Assembly (NCBI GenBank): GCA_963822585.1
Contig: CAWGIE010000036.1
Location: forward strand, 160,001-224,000
Length of the DNA stretch: 64,000 nt
Direction of reading: 5' to 3'
DNA from: an uncultured bacterium
Lineage (GTDB): Bacteria > Auribacterota > Erginobacteria > Erginobacterales > Erginobacteraceae
Below, in pieces: positions 23,242 to 31,761 of this stretch. Made by a program: the position numbers and the translations under genes. How positions within the stretch are numbered: the stretch's first letter is position 1; each line of letters opens with the position of its first letter. The notes under the pieces were generated by a model. It searched no databases. It was not told where the DNA came from and saw only the letters and a list, made by a program, of their open reading frames with translations.

Positions 23242-23805
23242 TTAAAAAAAGCTTTGCGGGACGGTTATAATGTCACCCGGCTGAATTTCGATATCTTCTT
23301 CTTTGCCTTTTTGAATCTTCGAAATATCTATTTCTATTTTCTTGCTCTCGGAATTCTTCCCCCGCAGGATATAGACACTGCCCTTGGCCGCGTAATCGGC
23401 AAAACCCCCGGCCATGGAGATAGCCTTGAGGACGGTCATATCCCCCTCCAGATCATATGAACCCGGTTCCTTGACCTCTCCCAGCACAAAAAATTTCTTT
23501 TTCTGTATCTTGACCGAGACAGAGGGGTCTTTGATGTAATCCGCGCCCCAGAGTCCGGTGAGTTTTGTTTCTATCTCCTGTGAGGTCAACTCGGTCACCT
23601 GGACTGTCCCCAGCAGAGGAAGATTTATGTTCCCGTCTTTATCCACTTCCAAGACGGTGTCCAGATCCGGATGTCTCCAGACTTTTATCTCCAGGACATC
23701 TCGCGGCTGAACCAGATAGGATTTGTATTGCGGGGATCCGTCCGCGGCGGAGGCAAGCAGAAAAATGCCAATGAGAAAATAATAAACTTTTCTATATATA
23801 CTCAT
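23242..23805 (-). CDS. wza: Short polysaccharide export (OPX/Wza-like) protein, Poly_export plus SLBB
   Basis: Likely start is ATG 23805 (MSIYRKVYYFLIGIFLLASA). Motifs: VDKDGNINLPLLG, VLGEVKEPG, IQPGDIITVP. Confidence 0.88.
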   Translation of the reverse strand: MSIYRKVYYFLIGIFLLASAADGSPQYKSYLVQPRDVLEIKVWRHPDLDTVLEVDKDGNINLPLLGTVQVTELTSQEIETKLTGLWGADYIKDPSVSVKIQKKKFFVLGEVKEPGSYDLEGDMTVLKAISMAGGFADYAAKGSVYILRGKNSESKKIEIDISKIQKGKEEDIEIQPGDIITVPQSFF

Positions 23806-23815
23806 CGTATACAGA

Positions 23816-25876
23816 TCAAGCAGGTTTTTCCGCCCTCGGGCGGAAACCTGGTTCTTCATCCTTCTCGTACTGATAATATCGGTAATACATCTCTCCCCCC
23901 GTAAAATCAACCTTGTTGATAACCACGCCCAGAATCTTCGCCCCGGTGGTCTCCAGTTGCTGTTTGGCCTGGAGTACCATCGTGCGGGGGTAATGATTGG
24001 GTTCCACAACGAGTAATACTCCTTCCGCCGCCTCCGCCAGGTAAAAAGTATCGCTGATTCCCAATATTCGGGGCGAATCAAAAAGGATGATATCGTAACC
24101 GCCCTCTACATCCTTTAAAAATTTCCTGATCGTTTCCGAGTTAAGGAGGATGACCCCCTTCTCATAATCACTGCCGGTGGTGATGACATCCAGATTTTCT
24201 ATATTCCGGGCATTTCTATGCAGAACCTCTCCCAGGCTCAGCCGCTGGGCAAGAAGATCGACCAATCCCGTTTCGTTGGGAAGTTTTAACAGCTTATGAA
24301 TCCCGGGCCGGCGAAAATCAGGGTCGACAATTAAAACTTTATCCCCCATCTTCGCCATGCAGATTGCCAGATTCACCAGGGTAAAACTCTTCCCTTCCCC
24401 CTTCCCCGTGCTGGTCACCAGGAAGGTCGTATACTTCTTTTTCGGATTGCAGAAGTGGACATACGCCCTGAGCATCCGGTAGGGGTCGAGATGGGCGGCA
24501 TCCTGCTCTCCCTCTACCAGCAGGGGAGTGTCTTTAGCGATAACGGACAGGATCGGCAAATTGAGGACCCTCTTCACTTCTGAAATTGAATCCAGGCCCT
24601 GGTTAAGATAATCGAAGAAAAAAGCTATTACAATACCGCTCACCAGCCCCATCAATACCCCCAAAGAAATATTCATCTTTTTGTTCGGCTTGATGGGAAA
24701 TTTGGGGACGAGCGCGGGTTCGATAATTTCAAGTCCGATTTCGGGAAGACTTTGTGTCGCGGTCTCCTCCTCAATCCGGGCCTGCAACGCCAACAAAACA
24801 GCCCGGTTGGTCTCGACCTGACTTTTTAGATGTATATATTCGAGACGATTCTCGCCCTGTAAAAAATCTTCCAGCTTGATAAGCCCCAGAGCTTCCTGCA
24901 AACCTTCTTCTTCTTTCAGTTTCTTTTGATATTCCACCTCCAGGCCTTGAACTATCCCCTGGGCAAGTTTTTGCAAACTATCCTGGGTTTGGTTTATGCG
25001 GGCTTTGATCTCCAGTATAGCCGGGTGTTTCGGCTGATATTTTTCCTGAAGCTCCGCCAGTTCAGCCTTGTCATCATCCAGCTTATTGCGCAGATTTTGA
25101 AAATGCAGGTTGTCCTCCATTACGGCCAGGGCGGCTATCCGCTCTTCGGAGGGGAGTTTCTTCAACGATTCCAGCTGTCCTTTCTGGGCGAGCCTTTCTG
25201 TTTTCGCCGAAATATAGGCGCGGTTGAACTCGGCCAGGTTTTGTTCATCTATTACCCTGTCCCCGATGAAGATCAGCTCCTTCTCCCTTTTAAAGGCATC
25301 CAAGTCTGATTCTGATTTTTTGAGTATTTCCCGGTTGGCTTCGAGCTGGACACGAAGAATCCCGATGGCTCCTCCCAGATTCTGGCCTCTGACCTGCTCC
25401 CTCTGTTCGACAAAGACCGAGGCAATCGAATTTACGATTTCGGCAGCCAGAACCGGGTCGGAATCTTCATACGATATAACCAGAATATTAGCAGGGGGGA
25501 TGTGCTCGACTTTCAGGTGATTGTCCAGATTCTTCAACGCCCTGTAGTCCCGGTCAGGGGAATTCGGATACCATTTTTCCGCCAGATGGAGTTTAGACAT
25601 TACTTTTTCCAGAATAGGATCACTGGAGATCATTTCCGCCTGGGTCCTGATATGCCTGACCGGATCGAACGTCGAAATGGATTCATACTGCGGGAAGACT
25701 GATATCTCCGGACGATCTTTTTCCACCAGCATTTTGGCCCGCGCCTGGTATACAACCGGTTGCTTCAGTGTTATCACCGTCACCACAGTGGTGACGAGGC
25801 CGGTCATCGCGAGAATAATGCCCCACCTCCTGCGCAGTATTCTCCGGTAATCAGCTATGTGAACTTTTTCCATCAT
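23816..25876 (-). CDS. wzc: Polysaccharide co-polymerase / tyrosine autokinase
   Basis: Two TM segments, periplasmic coiled coil with KYQPKHP, Walker A GKGEGKS, ILFDSP, Tyr-rich tail MYYRYYQY. Confidence 0.95.
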   Translation of the reverse strand: MMEKVHIADYRRILRRRWGIILAMTGLVTTVVTVITLKQPVVYQARAKMLVEKDRPEISVFPQYESISTFDPVRHIRTQAEMISSDPILEKVMSKLHLAEKWYPNSPDRDYRALKNLDNHLKVEHIPPANILVISYEDSDPVLAAEIVNSIASVFVEQREQVRGQNLGGAIGILRVQLEANREILKKSESDLDAFKREKELIFIGDRVIDEQNLAEFNRAYISAKTERLAQKGQLESLKKLPSEERIAALAVMEDNLHFQNLRNKLDDDKAELAELQEKYQPKHPAILEIKARINQTQDSLQKLAQGIVQGLEVEYQKKLKEEEGLQEALGLIKLEDFLQGENRLEYIHLKSQVETNRAVLLALQARIEEETATQSLPEIGLEIIEPALVPKFPIKPNKKMNISLGVLMGLVSGIVIAFFFDYLNQGLDSISEVKRVLNLPILSVIAKDTPLLVEGEQDAAHLDPYRMLRAYVHFCNPKKKYTTFLVTSTGKGEGKSFTLVNLAICMAKMGDKVLIVDPDFRRPGIHKLLKLPNETGLVDLLAQRLSLGEVLHRNARNIENLDVITTGSDYEKGVILLNSETIRKFLKDVEGGYDIILFDSPRILGISDTFYLAEAAEGVLLVVEPNHYPRTMVLQAKQQLETTGAKILGVVINKVDFTGGEMYYRYYQYEKDEEPGFRPRAEKPA

Positions 25877-25891
25877 TACCCCGATAGGTTC

Positions 25892-25921
25892 TTAACCCGA
25901 TTTATTCATAAATCGTGTTAG
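25892..25921. repeat. Palindrome TAACCCGATTTATTCATAAATCGTGTTA, inverted near-copy of 11516-11546
   Basis: Direct comparison. Confidence 0.75.
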
Positions 25922-26131
25922 TTTTGACCCATGACAAGGATTAAATGAACAGACGCACGAAAAGATCTTCATTTAATCAAATTCTCCGGCAATGAATTAC
26001 AGATAGAGGTCCACTTCTGCCGGCAGCGTTAACAGAAAGAATAACACGTTGTCCTTGCGGAAAAGAAAAAGCAGAGTGCTGTCGCCGTATAAACAAGATT
26101 GCTATTCATATATACATTGAACGAGAATTAA

Positions 26132-26182
26132 TAACCTGGATTATTCATGAAAATTGAAAATTTTCATGAATAATCCAGGTTA
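26132..26182. repeat. Perfect 24-bp inverted repeat with a 3-nt loop, overlapping the beta-barrel gene stop codon
   Basis: TAACCTGGATTATTCATGAAAATT-GAA-AATTTTCATGAATAATCCAGGTTA. Confidence 0.9.
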
Positions 26183-27391
26183 AAGCACTAGATTGATTCT
26201 TGCGTACACCTGATTGCGCCGATACGATGCATCCACGAAGTCACTGTTATTATCGGTACGGATATAACCGACTTCAAGGAATAAATCCTTTTGCGCTTCA
26301 TACGTTACACTGAGGATGTTTTTCAGATATTTTTCTTGGGCCGAGACCTGTTCTCCATCTTGCGATAAGCTGGCGGGGAAATTGGCCAATTCAGCGGATG
26401 AGGATAGAGTCAAAAATAACCGGGGAGAGATATGGACTGTCGCTTGCGCATTAATACCTTGCCCCTGATAGCCCAGATAGCTTAATTCGAACGTATCCTC
26501 TATCTTGTACCAGTACTTAAAATCGATTTCAAGAACCTGGCTGAGCAGTATCAAAACATCAGCCCCTGCGTAGGGACTTGTCAGTCTTCTCCCTGCTTTA
26601 TAATATCGACTCTCGTACCCTCCCTTCAATGTGGCAATCAGATCTTTTCCCAACCGATACTCCACTTCCAGCGCCAGCAGGTGAGACTGATAATCTGAAT
26701 CATACGTATCATAATCGTTCACCCGATAGCGATAATAGCATTCCAATTTATTACTCGGACTTTGTTGATAGCGAAAATGAGCCTCTCCATTATTGCTCCA
26801 GTAATCAAGGCCGGCGAGGCCGGATTCTTTATCGTATTCATCTCTCTCGTTACGATATTTCAAGAAAATAATGTATTTCCTGGTCAGATTATGGGTATAG
26901 GCTAATGTGAGATGATTGCGGTTATAGTCGGCATTGCGTTGCGTCGGCGCCGCCGCCGGCCGTATATCTTCCGGGTCCTCTTTTCTGATGAATAAATCTT
27001 CCAATCCTATGTTGTCGCGGGGAGTAAAATTTTGTTGAATATTAAGCATCGCATGCTGGTTAAGGTCCAGTACATCGTCTCTCGTCCAGTAAACAATAAA
27101 CGTCGGGGTGTATGCTAAACGGAAATAGGTCTGGTCACCGGGGAATTCAAGCTGCACGGTAGGAGCTAGATATGTCTTCCAACTTCCCTCTTTAGGATCA
27201 TCCGGTTCTAAGCCAATGTTATCGTCATATTCCTGAACAACCCGAACGGATGGTTTAAGCGCGTCATCCTTGTCGAAGAAGCGATTCATCGCGGAGGTAA
27301 AAAAGGCATCCTCCTCGATTACCTGCGCCGGTAACGGCATCCCGATCAGGAGCAAAATCAGACTTCCCAGCGGAATTATTATTATTCTCAT
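26180..27391 (-). CDS. EPS-associated outer-membrane beta-barrel protein
   Basis: Signal peptide, QEYDDNI motif, alternating aromatic beta-strands, C-terminal YRRNQVYARINLVL; adjacent to wzc and wza. Confidence 0.8.
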   Translation of the reverse strand: MRIIIIPLGSLILLLIGMPLPAQVIEEDAFFTSAMNRFFDKDDALKPSVRVVQEYDDNIGLEPDDPKEGSWKTYLAPTVQLEFPGDQTYFRLAYTPTFIVYWTRDDVLDLNQHAMLNIQQNFTPRDNIGLEDLFIRKEDPEDIRPAAAPTQRNADYNRNHLTLAYTHNLTRKYIIFLKYRNERDEYDKESGLAGLDYWSNNGEAHFRYQQSPSNKLECYYRYRVNDYDTYDSDYQSHLLALEVEYRLGKDLIATLKGGYESRYYKAGRRLTSPYAGADVLILLSQVLEIDFKYWYKIEDTFELSYLGYQGQGINAQATVHISPRLFLTLSSSAELANFPASLSQDGEQVSAQEKYLKNILSVTYEAQKDLFLEVGYIRTDNNSDFVDASYRRNQVYARINLVL

Positions 27392-27474
27392 ACTTATACT
27401 CTTATTTTTAATATCGTCAAGAATAATAATCGATGCTCCGCCTTTTTACAAGGAATGATAACGCACACTGGCCG

Positions 27475-28536
27475 TCACCGGGCCGGATCGGGAGAGGGCG
27501 GGAAAATCAAGCGAAGAGCGGTTCTCTCATTCCCTTCGATCACTGAAAAATCGGCCCGGTGCAGTCGAGCGGCATGTCTGACGTATTCTATAAAAAGGAG
27601 ATCGCGATGGCTATCGGCCGCGCCTGGGCCGTCCCTCAGGGCGATCTCTTTTTCCCATACCGTCTTAAAGCGCCCCCTGGCTCCAACCGTAAAGATAATA
27701 CCCTCGTTATTTTCAACAGCCCCGATCGTTATCGGCAAACCGGCGGGTAGATGATGGTCAATAAATCGGACCTGGTAATAGAGGGCGCGGCCCAGGCTGT
27801 TCCGGTCGCATGGCAGCTCCATCGATCCCGGGGAGAAAAGTTTTACCTCCCGGGGGACGGTCTCCAGATAGCCGCGCAGATCTTCCATGATCCCCTCGAG
27901 TCTCTCGGTCTTTTCGGGCGCCCGCAGTTCCCGGCTATAGAATACCAGCACCTCGGTGAGATCCAGAAATAATGTCCGGAGGTTGCCCGCGGCTTTCAGG
28001 ATGGTTCCCGTCTGATGTTCAAGTTCCCGGTTCCGAAACGCGGAGTGCATGGCGAGGATCTCCACCCCGGCCGTCACGCTGGTGAGGAGATTGGCCATGT
28101 CGTGTTCCAGCACGGAAAGAATCAGTTTCTGATTGCTGAAAAAGCGCTCGAGCAATAGGTGGTAGTTCACGAGAGTGTCGATCTGGATGAAAATGAAGTC
28201 GGTGGTGGCCTGCTTCGATATGAACGACTGAGCGCCGGCATGGAACGCTGCCTGCATATTTTCCATCGATGGATCAACCCCGGTGAAGAAAGCGATCGGG
28301 ACCGGATCGAACCGGCGCTGGTCCCGGAGTTTACGGCAAAGGGTCAGGCCATCCATGCCGGGCATCAGCCAATCGATGATAAAGAGAGAGGGATCGAGTT
28401 GATCGAGCGTCTTCAGCAGGCTCCTCCCGGAATCGAAAGTACACACGGCGTACCGTTGTTCCAGCCGCTGCCTGTAGGAGGAACGGATGTCTTCCTCATC
28501 GTCCACCAGGATAATTAAATGCTTTTCCGGGTCCAT
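27475..28536 (-). CDS. Receiver domain plus HisKA-like helix with degenerate ATPase domain
   Basis: IILVDDE..IIDWLMPGMDG..K; H-box LEHDMANLL; no recognisable N, G1 or G2 boxes. Confidence 0.8.
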   Translation of the reverse strand: MDPEKHLIILVDDEEDIRSSYRQRLEQRYAVCTFDSGRSLLKTLDQLDPSLFIIDWLMPGMDGLTLCRKLRDQRRFDPVPIAFFTGVDPSMENMQAAFHAGAQSFISKQATTDFIFIQIDTLVNYHLLLERFFSNQKLILSVLEHDMANLLTSVTAGVEILAMHSAFRNRELEHQTGTILKAAGNLRTLFLDLTEVLVFYSRELRAPEKTERLEGIMEDLRGYLETVPREVKLFSPGSMELPCDRNSLGRALYYQVRFIDHHLPAGLPITIGAVENNEGIIFTVGARGRFKTVWEKEIALRDGPGAADSHRDLLFIEYVRHAARLHRADFSVIEGNERTALRLIFPPSPDPAR

Positions 28537-28567
28537 ATAAATTAGCTCCCTTCAGTCGCTAATTTAT
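28537..28567. repeat. ATAAATTAGC...GCTAATTTAT hairpin abutting a start codon; related copies at 30423, 41611, 50717, 59731, 62441 and 63928
   Basis: Direct comparison of seven sites. Confidence 0.8.
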
Positions 28568-28786
28568 GCAGGATCGTCCTTCACTCCGCTCAGGACTTGT
28601 AGGAGATGTAGTAAATGTAGTATCGCCTTGCCGGAGGCAAGGCTTGCTGAACCGCAAGCGAAGCGATCCTACAATTCCTACAAAGAATGCCGAAGGCATT
28701 CTGATCCTACAAGTACTGTCGCGAAAGCGAAAGGACGATACTACACTGCAAGATTTCTCTTTTTCAAAAATTCCTAATAGTTCAAA

Positions 28787-29764
28787 TTACTGGATGATCC
28801 CTTTCTCGCGCAGGAATTTTGTCAGCTGCGCCGGGAGCCAGGGTTTCTGCAGCACCAGGTCGGCCCGGGGGGAGACCGGTCCCAGAAGTTTGGTGTGGCC
28901 GGAGATGATGACAACCAGGAAAGAACGTTTGTCCGGGGGAAATTCATCGGAAATCTCCGTCAGCCATTCACCGCCGGTCTTATTGCTTCCCCGTTTGTCC
29001 ACTCGCACGAATATATCGAGCGTTACCAGACGGATCGTGTCCAGGTGAGCCCGCAGGTATTTCTCAGCGTCGTCGATCGCGGAAACATGATGGCATTTCA
29101 ATCCCACGCTGCGAAAATAACTCATGGCAGTCGCCGCGCAGTGGATGTCGTCCTCGACCACCAGCACCTCGGGCGCCTGCGGCAGCTTCGAATGAGATCT
29201 CTCCTCGCGGATATAATTGTCAACGGTCTTGATCCCGGTTCGCACGTCGGAGAGCAGGAGTTTCGGAATCTGCATCAGGATATCAAGGGGGATGAAGAAC
29301 GGGGTGATCGACATGATGATCGCGACCGCGGGGATCATGGAGAGGGCGCCGGCGAAACCGGCTGCCACGTCAAGCCGCTCCACCTTTCCCAGTCCTCCCC
29401 AGTCCAGTACTTCCTTTCCAAGCGTGAAGAACATCGCCGCCGCGATGGCAATAAGAATCCCCGCCGCCAGCAGGGCCGGAATCCAGAGAAGCATCCGAGT
29501 CATCGAACCGCGGCCGCTTCCAACCAGGAGCACCCGGAGGATGATCCCCAGGTAGGCAAGATAGAATACGAACCCGGTGATGGCCTGGGCCGCCCGGTAA
29601 TGCTGCATGCCGTCAACGGTGCGGGGCAACGCCGGGAAAAGGTCCCAGGTCGATACGATCCCCAGAAGGGCGCCGGCGGCAATGAGCATGACCGCGGCAT
29701 GCGCCCAGGCCCGGGTTTTTCTCTTTGCCAGCCAGGCGGAAATTGATTTATGTTCATCCCTCAT
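28787..29764 (-). CDS. Membrane protein (about 4 TM) with a C-terminal receiver domain
   Basis: Four hydrophobic segments, then VLVVEDD..LVTLDIFV..IISGH..LQKPW. Confidence 0.75.
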   Translation of the reverse strand: MRDEHKSISAWLAKRKTRAWAHAAVMLIAAGALLGIVSTWDLFPALPRTVDGMQHYRAAQAITGFVFYLAYLGIILRVLLVGSGRGSMTRMLLWIPALLAAGILIAIAAAMFFTLGKEVLDWGGLGKVERLDVAAGFAGALSMIPAVAIIMSITPFFIPLDILMQIPKLLLSDVRTGIKTVDNYIREERSHSKLPQAPEVLVVEDDIHCAATAMSYFRSVGLKCHHVSAIDDAEKYLRAHLDTIRLVTLDIFVRVDKRGSNKTGGEWLTEISDEFPPDKRSFLVVIISGHTKLLGPVSPRADLVLQKPWLPAQLTKFLREKGIIQ

Positions 29765-29944
29765 AAATATTCCTGGCCGGGATTATAATATATCCTGGCG
29801 GGGAACGGCGAGGGCAAATTCCGGAGCTAAATCCCGGGATAATAGTCATCTCCCGACAAATTAACCGCGTAATTTATCCGGGCCGCAGAGGCGCGAAGAG
29901 CACAAAGAAGAATAAAAAATAACCGGCGAGACAAGCGACGGCAA

Positions 29945-30421
29945 TCAGGTCCCGGCCTCATCCGCCTCCCGGGAACGGTCCGGGGACATGTCATAGACCC
30001 GCTCCACATCCATCCTGATCAGAGCCTTAAGCGAGGGAAGCTGGAATTCCGACCTGCCGTGGGAAAAGCCTTTTCTCACGTTTTTGCTGATCCGACGTCC
30101 CAGGAGTCGGCTTTTTTTTGCCTGCCAATCAGCCTCCGCCTCCTTGAAAAGCGGGCCCGATTCGATGAGTTCCGCTCTCCCGATAAACTGGAAACCTCTA
30201 AATTCCTCAATACTGAAAACCAGTACGGATACCCGGGGGTTCCGCCTGATGTTCCGGAAGGTTTTTCCCCGGTAGAGATCGCTGAAATAGATACATCCTT
30301 CAGGGTCGACTTTCAGAAGCCCTTTCAGGGAGATGTTGGGAGAATCGTCGGGATTAACCGTTCCCACGATCACCACGTTCTGCCTGGTCAGCAACCGCTG
30401 CATGTCAGTCGTGATTTTCAT
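29945..30421 (-). CDS. Pyridoxamine 5'-phosphate oxidase-like FMN-binding protein
   Basis: VGTVNPDDSPNISLK, KTFRNIRRNPRVSV, GFQFIGRAE. Confidence 0.85.
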   Translation of the reverse strand: MKITTDMQRLLTRQNVVIVGTVNPDDSPNISLKGLLKVDPEGCIYFSDLYRGKTFRNIRRNPRVSVLVFSIEEFRGFQFIGRAELIESGPLFKEAEADWQAKKSRLLGRRISKNVRKGFSHGRSEFQLPSLKALIRMDVERVYDMSPDRSREADEAGT

Positions 30422-30517
30422 TATAAATTAGCTCGCTTCGCTCTGACTTTTTGCCACTAAGACACCAAGGCACCAAGAATAAAAATTAAGGTGAGTATTT
30501 TCCTTTTCCTTCTTTTC

Positions 30518-31102
30518 TCAGTGTCTTGGTGCCTTGGTGGCAAATTCCCTGCCGGACTGAAGAGCGTCGCTAAACGCGGTGGGATGGCGGAGGATATCTC
30601 CCGTCCGGCTGATCTTCCTAAAGAGCAGGCTCCCGGTCTGGCGGATGTTGAGCGGTTCCAGAAAATACTTGAGGGTCAAAAGAGAGCCCCGGAAAAGTTC
30701 CTTTCCTCCCGTCGCTCCCAAAAGCAGCGCGAACGCTTCACCGGAAGGGTGGACCGGCGGCCTCCCCAGCAGGTGCTTCCGGGCCCAGAGGGCCTGACAA
30801 CGGTCGATCAATGCCTTGAACTGGGCCGGCAGGCCATAAAAATAAATGGGAGCGGCTACAACGATCTTTTCGGCAGTCGTCAGCTTCGGATAAACGGCCT
30901 GCATCCCGTCATCAATGACGCATACCCCCGTCGTCTCGCAATCCAGACATTCCAAGCAGGGAGAGATGCTGAAGTCGCACACGGAAATCTTTTCATATTC
31001 CCCACCTTTTTCTTCTACCCCGGCCAGGAAAGCGTCAAGCAGCAGGTCTGAATTCCCCCCCTTTCTCGGGCTCCCCATTATTGCTAATACATCCATGATC
31101 AA
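30518..31102 (-). CDS. Flavodoxin-like / iron-sulfur flavoprotein (NADPH-dependent FMN reductase family)
   Basis: GSPRKGGNS, CLECLDC-x5-C, APIYF, KALIDR. Confidence 0.9.
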   Translation of the reverse strand: MIMDVLAIMGSPRKGGNSDLLLDAFLAGVEEKGGEYEKISVCDFSISPCLECLDCETTGVCVIDDGMQAVYPKLTTAEKIVVAAPIYFYGLPAQFKALIDRCQALWARKHLLGRPPVHPSGEAFALLLGATGGKELFRGSLLTLKYFLEPLNIRQTGSLLFRKISRTGDILRHPTAFSDALQSGREFATKAPRH

Positions 31103-31237
31103 GGTTATTGTAACCGGAACTTATTGGCTGGAAAGCGATTAAAACCACGAAGAACACGAAGAAAAATAAAAAAATAAATACGATTCCGTCTTTTCTCATT
31201 CTTCAGGTCCTTCATGTTCTTCATGGTAAATATTCTC

Positions 31238-31627
31238 TTATTCGACGAGCTCCAGGGCGCCGACCGGGCAGGTCTTCACGCAGACACCGCATTGCAGGCA
31301 GATGATGGCGCCGAAATCGGGATGAAACTTGATGCCGCCATAGGGGCAGACGTCGATACAGATTCCGCACGAAGTGCACTTCTTGCTGTCTATCTTAACC
31401 GAACCGTTTTTTTCGGAGATGGCGCCTTCCGGGCAGGCTTTCAGACAGGGGCGCTCGCGGCACTGGACGCAGACAGTCATCCGGGTCTCGGTATCGGAGA
31501 TGCGGTCGATCTCCAGGCGGGCTTTTTTCGGGTTATTCACCTTAAAAAAGGTAAAAGCACAGATCATCTGGCAGCTCTGACAGCCGGAACAAATGTCGCT
31601 CTTATGAATCAGATGTTTCATCATCAT
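31238..31627 (-). CDS. 4Fe-4S polyferredoxin (AOR electron-transfer subunit)
   Basis: Four Cys cluster motifs (CSGCQSCQMIC, CVQC..PCLKACP, CTSCGICIDVCP, CLQCGVCVKTCP). Confidence 0.9.
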   Translation of the reverse strand: MMMKHLIHKSDICSGCQSCQMICAFTFFKVNNPKKARLEIDRISDTETRMTVCVQCRERPCLKACPEGAISEKNGSVKIDSKKCTSCGICIDVCPYGGIKFHPDFGAIICLQCGVCVKTCPVGALELVE

Positions 31628-31761
31628 TTCCCTGGGTAAGAATTTATTAGTTCGTTTCCAGACATTGGATTGCCCGGGAGTACTGGAGTATTGGAATGTT
31701 GGAATACTGGAACTGGGGGCTCGCTTCCATTACTCCCCCACTCCAATATTCCATCACTCCA

